Shown here: one piece after another, positions 20,603-29,480 of the stretch
Position numbering within the stretch: the first letter of the stretch is position 1
Layout: the number at the start of each line of letters is the position of its first letter
Assembly (NCBI GenBank): GCA_965237415.1
Contig: CBDEFM010000002.1
Location: forward strand, 1,696,001 to 1,760,000
From: Alphaproteobacteria bacterium
Lineage (GTDB): Bacteria > Pseudomonadota > Alphaproteobacteria > UBA828
DNA: 64,000 nucleotides
Reading direction: 5' to 3'
Program-made: the position numbers and the translations under genes
Notes under the pieces: generated by a model
What the model was told of the DNA's origin: nothing
The model's database searches: none
The model's input: the letters and a program-made list of their open reading frames with translations, nothing else

Positions 20603-22387
20603 ATGGACGGCGTCCAGCTTGCGATCCTGAACAAGCGCTTCGAGGCCATCTGCCGCAAGATGGCCAATACGCTCTTCCGCACCGGGCGCTCGGGCGTGCT
20701 CAACACGGCGCGCGACTTCTCCTGCTGCATCGTCACCGCCGACTGCGAGCTGCTGGCGACCGCCGAGAGCCTGCCGATCCACGTGCTGAGCGGCCCCGAC
20801 CTGATGGCGGCCTCGATGAAGGAATTTCACCCCGACCTCGAACGCGGCGACGCCTTCCTGCACAACTCGCCCTATCACGGCTGCTCGCACCCGGCCGATC
20901 ACACGATCCTGGTGCCGGTGATCGACGATGCGGGCGTGCACCGCTTTACCGTCGTCGCCAAGGCGCATCAGGCCGATTGCGGCAATTCCATCGCCACCAC
21001 CTATCACGGCTCGGCGCGCGACGTGTACGAAGAGGGCGCGCTGATCTTCCCGGCGGTACAGGTGCAGCGCGGCTACGAGACGATCGAGGACATCGTCCGC
21101 ATGTGCCGGATGCGCATCCGCGTGCCGGACCAGTGGTGGGGCGACTTCCTCGCCATGCTGGGCGCCGCGCGGGTGGGCGAGCGGGAGCTGCTCGCGCTCG
21201 CCGAAGAGGCCGGCTGGGAGACCCTGGATCGCTTCTCGGCCGAGTGGTTCGACTACAGCGAGCGACGCATGGTCGATGCGCTCGAGGGACTGCCCGCCGG
21301 CAGCCTCACGGTCGCCAGCACCCACGATCCGATACCGGGGGCGCCGGAAGGTGTGACCGTGAAGGTCGCCGTGCGCGTCGACCCGGCCGCTTCGCGGATC
21401 GAGATCGACCTCCGGGATAACGGCGATTCCCTCCCCTTCGGCCTCAACATGAGCGAGGCCTGCGCGTGCACATCCGCGATGGTGGGCATCTTCAACGCGC
21501 TGCCCCACACCGTGCCGCCCAATGCCGGGGCCTTCCGCCGTATCGAGGTGAAGCTCAGGCGGGGCTGCGTCGTGGGCATCCCGGAGCACCCGACTTCCTG
21601 CTCGGTGGCCACCACCAACGTCGCCGACCACATCGCCAACGGCGTGCAGCGCGCTATCGCGGAGCTCGGCGACGGCCACGGCATGGCCGAGGTGGGCGGC
21701 GTGATTCCGCCGAGCTGCGGCGTGATTTCGGGCACGGATCCGCGCAGCGGCGCGCTCTTCGTGAACCAGATCTTCCTCGGCTTCGGCGCGGGCGCAGCGG
21801 CACCCGAAACCGACGCCTGGATCACCATCGCCCACGTGGGCAATGCCGGCCTCTGCTACCAGGATTCCATCGAGGTCGACGAGATGGTCTTCCCCCTCAC
21901 CGTGAAGGGGCGCCATTTCATCACCGACAGCGGCGGCGCCGGGCGCCAGCGCGGCGGAGCCGGAGCCTTCGTGGAATTCGGGCCGGTCGAAGGATGCCTG
22001 CTTGAGGTGGGCTACGTCAGCAACGGCGGGGTCAATCCCGCGAACGGCGCCCGTGGCGGCGGCAGAGGCGCCCTCGCCGGCCAGTACCGCCGCAAGCACA
22101 ACGGCGAGCTGGAGGCGCTCGCGGCGTGCGCACAGGTGGCGGTGGCGCCGGGGGAGACGATGGTCTCCATCTCCGCCGGCGGCGGCGGCTACGCCGAGCC
22201 CTGCGCCCGCGAGCCGGCGCGTGTGGCCCATGACGTGCGGGAGCGCTGGGTCTCGCCGGAGGCCGCCCGCGACATTTTCCGCGTGGCCCTCGATGCCGCC
22301 GGCAATGTCGACGAAGCCGGGACCCGCCGGCTCAGGGCAGACGCGCCTGCGGATGCAGGGGTCAGGGTGCAAGACGCCGCGGAGTGA
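20603..22387 (+). CDS. Hydantoinase B/oxoprolinase family protein
   Basis: RDFSC, HNSPYHG.SH..D, DSGGAGRQRGG, GGGGY. Confidence 0.92.
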   Translation: MDGVQLAILNKRFEAICRKMANTLFRTGRSGVLNTARDFSCCIVTADCELLATAESLPIHVLSGPDLMAASMKEFHPDLERGDAFLHNSPYHGCSHPADHTILVPVIDDAGVHRFTVVAKAHQADCGNSIATTYHGSARDVYEEGALIFPAVQVQRGYETIEDIVRMCRMRIRVPDQWWGDFLAMLGAARVGERELLALAEEAGWETLDRFSAEWFDYSERRMVDALEGLPAGSLTVASTHDPIPGAPEGVTVKVAVRVDPAASRIEIDLRDNGDSLPFGLNMSEACACTSAMVGIFNALPHTVPPNAGAFRRIEVKLRRGCVVGIPEHPTSCSVATTNVADHIANGVQRAIAELGDGHGMAEVGGVIPPSCGVISGTDPRSGALFVNQIFLGFGAGAAAPETDAWITIAHVGNAGLCYQDSIEVDEMVFPLTVKGRHFITDSGGAGRQRGGAGAFVEFGPVEGCLLEVGYVSNGGVNPANGARGGGRGALAGQYRRKHNGELEALAACAQVAVAPGETMVSISAGGGGYAEPCAREPARVAHDVRERWVSPEAARDIFRVALDAAGNVDEAGTRRLRADAPADAGVRVQDAAE

Positions 22388-22415
22388 CCCGGCTTTCAGC
22401 GAGAGGAGGGACAGG

Positions 22416-22820
22416 ATGAAGGCGCACGGCGCCTGCTTTTGCGGGCAAATCACCTACGAAGCGGAGCTCGATACCGACCGCATCCTTATCTGCAACTGTA
22501 CGGATTGTCAGACGCTCTCCGGCTCGGCCTTCCGCACGGTGGCATTCACCACGGAGAACGGCTTCACCCTGCTCTCCGGCGAGCTCAAGGTCTACGTCAA
22601 GATCGCGGACAGCGGCAATCGGCGCCAACAGGCCTTCTGCGGCAACTGCGGCTCGCCCATCTACGCGACCTCGGACCCGGCCGGGCCCTTCTACGGCCTC
22701 CGCGTCGGCACCATCGCCCAGCGCGATCAACTGGTCCCGAAGGTCCACATCTTCAACCGCTCGAAGCAGCACTGGCTCGACGAGATTCCGTCGCTCCCCA
22801 CCATCGAGGGCATGCCCTAG
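22416..22820 (+). CDS. GFA/CENP-V family Zn-binding protein
   Basis: GACFCG, CNCTDCQ, FCGNCGSP; RBS GGAGG. Confidence 0.92.
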   Translation: MKAHGACFCGQITYEAELDTDRILICNCTDCQTLSGSAFRTVAFTTENGFTLLSGELKVYVKIADSGNRRQQAFCGNCGSPIYATSDPAGPFYGLRVGTIAQRDQLVPKVHIFNRSKQHWLDEIPSLPTIEGMP

Positions 22821-24193
22821 CGGACGAAGCGCTCGTCGATCACCGTGAGCGATGCGTCGAGCGCGTCGGTCGCGATTTCGATTTCCTCTTGGGTGATGGT
22901 GAAGGGTGGGCCCAGCTTGATCGTGTTCGGCGAGAATCCGCTCATATAGACGCCGCGCTTCGCGTTCTCGGCCGCGACGATGGCGTTGGGATGCGCGCTG
23001 AGATCGCCGGTGAAGGGCGAGTAGCGGTCCTCGGGCACGATGGGCTCGCCGTTCCCGTTCACGAGATCGACCGTGTAGAAGAGGCCGCGCCCCGACACAC
23101 GGCCGACACAGGGGTGCCTCCCCCCGAGCGCGTCGAGCCGATCCTTGAGGTAGGCGCCGCGCTGGCGGACCTGCTGCATGATGTCGTGGGCCAGCAGGTA
23201 TTCGAGGTTGCCGACGATGGTCGCGCAGACGAGGGGATGGCCGTCCCAGGTGCTGCCGGTCCACCACCGGGCCTTCTCGAAATAGTCGGCGATCGGCGCG
23301 CTCGCGATCACCGCGCCGACCGGCAGCGCCGAGCCGTTGATGCCCTTGCCGGCCGCCATCAGGTCCGGCTTCACCCCCGGCCAGTGCATGTAGCCGAACC
23401 ACTCGCCGAGCCGGCCGAAGCCCGTGATCACCTCGTCGTCGATCCAGAGGAAGCCGTACTTGTCGCAGAGCGCGCGGAGGCCCGGCATGTAGTCCGCATG
23501 AGGGAAGGTGCCGCCCGCGCCCAGCATGGGCTCGGCGACTACCGCCGCGATGTTCTCGGCCCCGAGCGCGCGCACGATGTGCTCCGTCGCCTCAAGCGAG
23601 GGCAGCCGCCCGTTGCCCGCCCAGTCCTCATGCTCGGGCGGGGGAATCGGGATGTAGCCGTGCGGCGGGAAACCCGGCACATCCGCGACATCCCCAAAGC
23701 CGGCGTCGGTCGAGATGTTGTTGCGGTAGCCCCGCATCATCGTCGCGCCCACGGTCATGCCGTGGAAGGAATGGGCCTGGGTCAGGATGACGCTGCGCCC
23801 GGTGTAGAGCCTGGCCATCATGATGCAGCTCTCGACCGCCTCGGTGCCCGACGGCAGGATGCGGAGCCGCCCGGCCCACTCCTCGCTGCCCAGGACATCC
23901 GCGATCACGAGCTTCGCGGCCCGCGCGCGATACTCGTTCGCCATCGTATAGGTGACGTGGCCGTAGCGCTCCATGGCCTCGGCAAGCGCGCCATGGATCG
24001 CCGGATGGCGGTGGCCCAGGTTGTCCGAGATCAGCTGGCTCATGAAGTCGAGCAGCCGCGTGCCGTCGGCGAGCACGAGGTAGTTGCCCTCGGTCGCGTC
24101 GACGCCCGTGAAGCTGTGCTCGGCCTCCGCCTGCAGCCCGTGCAGATAGTAGGCCCGATCCCAGCGTTCCAGTTCGTCCCAATCGCGTGTCAT
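22817..24193 (-). CDS. Class III PLP-dependent aminotransferase
   Basis: SGTEAVE, SFHG, DEVITGFGRLG, PDLMAAGKG. Confidence 0.92.
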   Translation of the reverse strand: MTRDWDELERWDRAYYLHGLQAEAEHSFTGVDATEGNYLVLADGTRLLDFMSQLISDNLGHRHPAIHGALAEAMERYGHVTYTMANEYRARAAKLVIADVLGSEEWAGRLRILPSGTEAVESCIMMARLYTGRSVILTQAHSFHGMTVGATMMRGYRNNISTDAGFGDVADVPGFPPHGYIPIPPPEHEDWAGNGRLPSLEATEHIVRALGAENIAAVVAEPMLGAGGTFPHADYMPGLRALCDKYGFLWIDDEVITGFGRLGEWFGYMHWPGVKPDLMAAGKGINGSALPVGAVIASAPIADYFEKARWWTGSTWDGHPLVCATIVGNLEYLLAHDIMQQVRQRGAYLKDRLDALGGRHPCVGRVSGRGLFYTVDLVNGNGEPIVPEDRYSPFTGDLSAHPNAIVAAENAKRGVYMSGFSPNTIKLGPPFTITQEEIEIATDALDASLTVIDERFVR

Positions 24194-24343
24194 GACGCCC
24201 CCTCCAGGCCGGTCGCGGTACGCCTTCAGGTTAGCCCACCCGTGCCTGTCGCCCTACCCGCCCGCCGATTTGACCGCTCGGGCCTGCTGCATATCATGCG
24301 CGCCGTCCGGGCGCGGCCCGCAGAACGATGAGGAGATCAAGGA

Positions 24344-25399
24344 ATGGCGAAGGGTAAGGCGGTCGTCGTCGGCGGCCTCGGTATGATCGGGCGCAACATC
24401 ATTCAGGCACTCGAGGCCGAAGGCGGGTGGGATATCGTCGGGCTGTCGCGGCGGCCGGCGAACTTCGAGACCGAGGCCACCTTCATCTCCGTCGACCTGT
24501 TGGACGATGCCGGCGCCAAGGAGAAGCTCGCGGGGCTCACCGACGTCACCCACATCTTCTACGCCGGGCTCTCCGGCGGCGTCGAGGCCGAGAACGTGGA
24601 GGGCAACCTCGCGCTCGTGACCAACTCGGTCGGCGTGATCGAGCCCATCTCGCCCAGCCTGGAGCGGGTGCTGCTGGTGCAGGGCGGCAAGTACTACGGT
24701 GTCCACCTCGGCCCGCACAAGACGCCCTCCAAGGAGACCGACCCGCGCCACCTGCCGCCCAACTTCTACTATAACCAGCAGGATTTCATCGCCGACCTGC
24801 AGCAGGGGAAATCGTGGAACTACACCATCCTACGGCCGGAGGCGGTGGTCGGCTTTGCCGAGGGCATCCCGCTCAACACCGCCTCGCTCGTCGCGGTCTA
24901 TGCGTGCGTGTGCAAGGCCATGGACGTGCCGCTCAACTATCCGGGGCCGGAGGCGGCGTTTACCGCCTTCAACAAGTTCGTCGATGCCCGGCTGCTCGGA
25001 CGCTGCGCCGCCTGGGCCGCATCCAACCCCGCCTGCGCCGGCGAGGCGTTCAACGTGACCAACGCCTCGGGCATGCGCTGGTGCAACCTGTGGCCGGCCT
25101 TCACCGAGTATTTCGGCTGCCGGCCGGGCGTCTTGATGCCGATGAAGCTCGCCGACTTCATGGCGGACAAGGGCCCCGTCTGGGACGAGATCGCGCGCAA
25201 CCACCAGCTCAAGACGATGGCTTACTCCGACCTCGGCGATTGGGGCTTCGCCGACTGGAACTTCGGCCGCACCTGGGACACCATTCTCGAAGACACCAAG
25301 CGCCTGCAGTACGGCTTCACCGAAGCCATCGACACCGAGCAGAACTTCATCGAGATCTTTGACGACATGCGCGCCGCGCGCGTGATCCCGGCGGGCTAG
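24344..25399 (+). CDS. Atypical SDR, progesterone 5-beta-reductase/PRISE-like
   Basis: GLGMIG, GLSRR, QGGKYYG.H, PNFYYNQ. Confidence 0.85.
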   Translation: MAKGKAVVVGGLGMIGRNIIQALEAEGGWDIVGLSRRPANFETEATFISVDLLDDAGAKEKLAGLTDVTHIFYAGLSGGVEAENVEGNLALVTNSVGVIEPISPSLERVLLVQGGKYYGVHLGPHKTPSKETDPRHLPPNFYYNQQDFIADLQQGKSWNYTILRPEAVVGFAEGIPLNTASLVAVYACVCKAMDVPLNYPGPEAAFTAFNKFVDARLLGRCAAWAASNPACAGEAFNVTNASGMRWCNLWPAFTEYFGCRPGVLMPMKLADFMADKGPVWDEIARNHQLKTMAYSDLGDWGFADWNFGRTWDTILEDTKRLQYGFTEAIDTEQNFIEIFDDMRAARVIPAG

Positions 25400-25430
25400 A
25401 GAAATCGTGGTGGGGCCAAGCCTAACGCCG

Positions 25431-25543
25431 CCCCCACCTCACCCCGGCCCTCTCCTCTCCTGGGAGGAGAGGGAGAATAGGCGGCGCCGTCTACGTCCCC
25501 TCTCTGCCTCTTGGGGGCGGAGAGGGATAGGGAGAGGTGGGGG
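25431..25543. repeat. Inverted pair of REP-like palindromic units between convergent genes
   Basis: CCCCCACCTCACCCCGGCCCTCTCCTCTCCTGGGAGGAGAGGG (25431-25473) and a related inverted copy (25497-25543), each with an internal hairpin. Confidence 0.75.
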
Positions 25544-26422
25544 TTAGCCTCGGAAGCGGGGCTCCGGCAGGCCGCGACAGCCCGTGCCGGTGACGGCGAA
25601 GATGCTGCCGGCCTGCTCCTGCCCCGCGAGCGCGTCCTCGCTCAGGTTCACACGGGCGCCGGTCACATAGAGCACATCGAGGTCGGGGCCGCCGAACATC
25701 GGGCAGGTGACCTGCTGGAAGGGCATCTCGACGGTGCGATCCAGCGTGCCGTCCGGCGCGAAGCGGGCAACGCACCAGCCGTTCCAGCGCGCGTTCCAGA
25801 CGTAGCCTTCGGCATCGACGGTGGAGCCGTCGGGGATGCCGGGTGCGCTGCCGGGGCCGGCGAAGACTCGCTTGTTGGAGATCGCGCCGGACGCGGTGTC
25901 GAGGTCGTAGGCCCAGATCACATCCTGATCGAGATCGGCGAAATACATGGTGCCGCCGTCGGGGCTGAAGGCAATCGAGTTGGAGACGACGATGCCGGTC
26001 TCGGTCTTGTGCAGGCTGAGGTCGTGATCGAGCCGATAGAGGGAGCCGAGCGGGCGGCCCACCATCGCGTCGTCCATGCTGCCGGCCCAAAAGCGGCCTT
26101 GCCGGTCGCAACGCCCGTCGTTCATGCGGCTGTCGGGCACGTCCGTCTCGACCTCGTGGATGGTCTCGACCGCGCCGGTCTCCGGATCGAAGAAGCGGAA
26201 GCCGCCGTAGAAGGCGACCACCATGCCGCCCTGCTCACGCAGCACAAGGCAGCCCGGCTGTTCGTCCACCGGCACCTGCCTATATTCGCCTGTCCCCGGC
26301 GTAAACCAGCTGATCGACTGGCCCTTGATGTCGAGCCAATAGAGCCGCTGATCGACCGGGCACCAGACCGGGCTTTCGCCGAGCTCGTCCCGGCAATCGA
26401 CCACGAACGCGACCTCGACCAT
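25544..26422 (-). CDS. SMP-30/gluconolactonase/LRE family protein
   Basis: LGESPVW, RMNDGRCD..GRFWAGSM, SNSIAFSPDG, PDGSTVDAEG. Confidence 0.92.
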   Translation of the reverse strand: MVEVAFVVDCRDELGESPVWCPVDQRLYWLDIKGQSISWFTPGTGEYRQVPVDEQPGCLVLREQGGMVVAFYGGFRFFDPETGAVETIHEVETDVPDSRMNDGRCDRQGRFWAGSMDDAMVGRPLGSLYRLDHDLSLHKTETGIVVSNSIAFSPDGGTMYFADLDQDVIWAYDLDTASGAISNKRVFAGPGSAPGIPDGSTVDAEGYVWNARWNGWCVARFAPDGTLDRTVEMPFQQVTCPMFGGPDLDVLYVTGARVNLSEDALAGQEQAGSIFAVTGTGCRGLPEPRFRG

Positions 26423-26495
26423 CGCTCTCGCTCCCGATGAGTTGCCGCCGAACGGCATCGTTGGACCGCCGCATCGCGGTGCCGGCAGGCCGGGC

Positions 26496-26570
26496 TGGTG
26501 GGCGCTGCTGGATTTGAACCAGCGACCCCCGCCGTGTGAAGACGGTGCTCTCCCGCTGAGCTAAGCGCCC
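26496..26570 (-). tRNA. tRNA-Val (CAC)
   Basis: Minus strand GGGCGCTTAGCTCAGCGGGAGAGCACCGTCTTCACACGGCGGGGGTCGCTGGTTCAAATCCAGCAGCGCCCACCA. Confidence 0.96.
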
Positions 26571-26749
26571 GCCCGGCAGGCGATTAGAGAAACCGCGCCG
26601 GCCGCTGTCAAGGCGCCACGGACGATTCACGCCGGCGCAAGCCGGACGGCCGACAGTGCACGCGATGCGGCGAGACTACCCTTGGGCGGCGTTTCCCGAT
26701 ATTGAATGCGGCCGGGCCGTATGTGCCGATGTGTTCCAGGGAAGACGCA

Positions 26750-29473
26750 ATGCGCGATCGTTTCGAATTCGACCGGGTGGCCCGCGTGCCGGCAGAGGTC
26801 GACAATGTCGCGATCGCGACGCGACGCCTCGAGGCCGGCACCTCCGTTGCCGACGGCGGGGGCGAATTCCGCCTCCCCCATACCATGCTCGAAGGGCATC
26901 GCTTCGTCCGCGTGCCCGTCGAGGAGGGTGGGCGGCTCACCTCCTGGGGCCTCCCGTTCGGTGTCGCGACCCGTGCTCTGGAGCCCGGCGAGTACGTCTG
27001 CAACGACAGGATCCTGACTGCACTGGCGGCACGCGACATCGACTTCGCGCTGCCCGAAGCCGCCAACTTCGTGGACACTATCGAGACCTATGCGCTGGAT
27101 GAGGCTTGCTTCGCGCCCGGCGAGCAGGTCGCGCCTGCCGCTACCGGCGCGACCTTCGACGGCTTCCGCCGCCCCGGCGGACGCGGCGCCGGCACCCGGA
27201 ATTTCGTCGTGGTGCTGGCCACCACGTCTCGCGCCAACGGGTTCGTGCGCGCGGTCGCGGACCGGGCGGCGGCCAAGGCGCCCGCCGGGATCGACGGCGT
27301 GGTCGCGGTGACCCATACCGAAGGCGGCGGCAGCGGGCGGCTGAACAATCTGAGCCACGTGCTCAGGGTGCTCGCAGGCTTCATGGTGCATCCCAACGTG
27401 GGCGCGGTGCTTGCGGCCGACGACGGCGCGGGCGCCTACGGCAACGACGACGTGCGGCGGTTCATGGAGGACCGCGACGACCCGCTCGGCCACGTGCCAC
27501 ATGCGTTCTTTCGCATCGAGCGCGGGTTCGAGGAGGAGGTCGCCCGCGCATCCGAGCTGGTCGACGGCTGGCTGCCAGAGGTTGCCGCCGCCAAGCGCAC
27601 GCCCGAACCCGTCGGCGACCTCCGCCTCGCCCTGCAGTGCGGCGGCTCGGACGCGTTCTCCGGTGTCTCCGGCAACGCGCTCGCCGGCTGGGTGGCGAAG
27701 GAGGTCATCCGGCATGGCGGCTCCGCGAACCTGGCCGAGACCGACGAGCTGATCGGCGCGGAGCCCTACGTGCTGGAGAACGTGCGCGATGCCGCCACTG
27801 CCCGCGCGTTCCTGGAGAAGATCGAGAACTTCAAGCGCTACGCGGCGAACCACGGAGCCACAGCGGAAGGAAACCCCACGGGCGGGAACAATTTCCGCGG
27901 GCTCTACAACATCGCGCTGAAGTCTCTCGGCGCCGCCCGCAAGAAGGCCCCTGAGGTCCGGCTCGACTACGTCATCGACTACGGCGAGCCCATGCGCGCG
28001 CCCGGCTACTACTTCATGGACAGCCCGGGCAACGACCTGGAAAGCATCGCGGGCCAAGTGGCGGCAGGCTCCAACCTCATCCTCTTCATCACCGGGAACG
28101 GGTCGATCACCAACTTCCCCTTCGTGCCGACGCTCAAGTTCGTGACCACCACCGGCCGCTTCGAGTTGCTGGCGAACGAGATGGACGTGAACGCCGGCCG
28201 CTACAACGACGGCATGGAGATGGATGCGCTCGGCGCGGAGACGTTCGAGCTCGCGCTCGACATCGCCTCCGGCCAGCGCAGCAAGGGAGAGCTCGCGGGC
28301 CACGCCCAGGTCTCGGTCTGGCGCGACTGGCCGCGCACCGGCAAGGACGGGCTGGAGGAGATCGCCGGGCAGCCCGTCCCCGAGGGCCACCCGCTCACGG
28401 TGCGCGACGCCCCGCCTTTCGACCTCGCCTTCGATGCGGTGGTCACCGAAGAGGGCATCGCATCGGATCAGATCGCTCTGGTGATGCCGACGAGCCTCTG
28501 CTCCGGCCAGGTGGCCCGCCTCATCGCCGAAGAGCTCGATGCGAACCCGCCACCCTGGAGCGACGTGTCGCGCTTCGTCGCCCTCGTGCACACCGAGGGC
28601 TGCGGCTCGGCCAACGGCGCCGGCCTCTATCTCGACACGCTCACAGGCCATCTCGCGCATCGGAGCGTGCGCCACGCGGTCCTGCTGGAGCACGGCTGCG
28701 AGATGACCCACAACGACGCGGTGCGCAACCACCTCGCCGCGCGGGGCGTTGCGGCGGACCGCTTCGGCTGGGCGAGCGTGCAACTGGACGGCGGAATCGC
28801 CAGCGTGCAAGAGAAGGTGACCCGGCAGCTGGAAGAAATGGCGGCGGCCCGCGCTGGGAACGGCGACGGCGCGCCGGATGCGCCCGCCTTCGAGAGGCAA
28901 CGCGTGGGCGCGGCCGAGATACGCGTGGCCCTCGCCGCACACGGGCCGTTGGCGCCGGCGATGGGGGAGGCGTTCGGCCGGCTCGCCGTGGGCCTCGTCG
29001 CGGCCGGCGCAACCGTAGTCGTGCCCGACAACGAGGGCTTGCTGGGCAACGACGGGTTCCAGCAGGCGGTGTTCCCGGAGGGCGCCGTGCCCTCCGCCTC
29101 GCTCGCCTTCGGCCGGCCGGCGGAGCACGCCGGGTTCCACGTCATGGAGACCCCGACGGAGAATCCGGTGGAAGCGTTCGCGGGGCTGGGTGCCACAGGG
29201 GTCGACCTGATGCTCTGCCACATCGGGCAGACCCCGCTTCAGGGGCATCCCATGCTGCCCCTCGTCCAGGTGACCGCCGAAGCGGATATTGCCGCCGTGT
29301 ACGGCAGCGACCTCGACCGGGTTCTCGAGCCGCAACGGGGCATCGACGCTATCGTCGCCGAGCTCGCGGCGCTCGTGGCCGACGTTGCGTCCGGCCGCTA
29401 CCGGCCGACGCTCTGGTCGCGCGGGGTCACCGAGTTCCAGCTCACCCGCGGCCGGCTCGGCCTTTCGATGTAG
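26750..29473 (+). CDS. UxaA/GarD-family sugar-acid dehydratase, long internally duplicated form (about 907 aa)
   Basis: SAF-like N-terminus, GTRN, HTEGG, LQCGGSDAFSG..GN, GNPTGGN, MDSPGND, MDVNAG; second HTEGCG module in the C-terminal half. Confidence 0.85.
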   Translation: MRDRFEFDRVARVPAEVDNVAIATRRLEAGTSVADGGGEFRLPHTMLEGHRFVRVPVEEGGRLTSWGLPFGVATRALEPGEYVCNDRILTALAARDIDFALPEAANFVDTIETYALDEACFAPGEQVAPAATGATFDGFRRPGGRGAGTRNFVVVLATTSRANGFVRAVADRAAAKAPAGIDGVVAVTHTEGGGSGRLNNLSHVLRVLAGFMVHPNVGAVLAADDGAGAYGNDDVRRFMEDRDDPLGHVPHAFFRIERGFEEEVARASELVDGWLPEVAAAKRTPEPVGDLRLALQCGGSDAFSGVSGNALAGWVAKEVIRHGGSANLAETDELIGAEPYVLENVRDAATARAFLEKIENFKRYAANHGATAEGNPTGGNNFRGLYNIALKSLGAARKKAPEVRLDYVIDYGEPMRAPGYYFMDSPGNDLESIAGQVAAGSNLILFITGNGSITNFPFVPTLKFVTTTGRFELLANEMDVNAGRYNDGMEMDALGAETFELALDIASGQRSKGELAGHAQVSVWRDWPRTGKDGLEEIAGQPVPEGHPLTVRDAPPFDLAFDAVVTEEGIASDQIALVMPTSLCSGQVARLIAEELDANPPPWSDVSRFVALVHTEGCGSANGAGLYLDTLTGHLAHRSVRHAVLLEHGCEMTHNDAVRNHLAARGVAADRFGWASVQLDGGIASVQEKVTRQLEEMAAARAGNGDGAPDAPAFERQRVGAAEIRVALAAHGPLAPAMGEAFGRLAVGLVAAGATVVVPDNEGLLGNDGFQQAVFPEGAVPSASLAFGRPAEHAGFHVMETPTENPVEAFAGLGATGVDLMLCHIGQTPLQGHPMLPLVQVTAEADIAAVYGSDLDRVLEPQRGIDAIVAELAALVADVASGRYRPTLWSRGVTEFQLTRGRLGLSM

Positions 29474-29480
29474 CGGTCGG

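Noticed and set aside
11450-26570. tRNA-bounded genomic island between tRNA-Gly and tRNA-Val
   Set aside because: No integrase, no duplicated tRNA 3' end seen, and composition is like the flanks.
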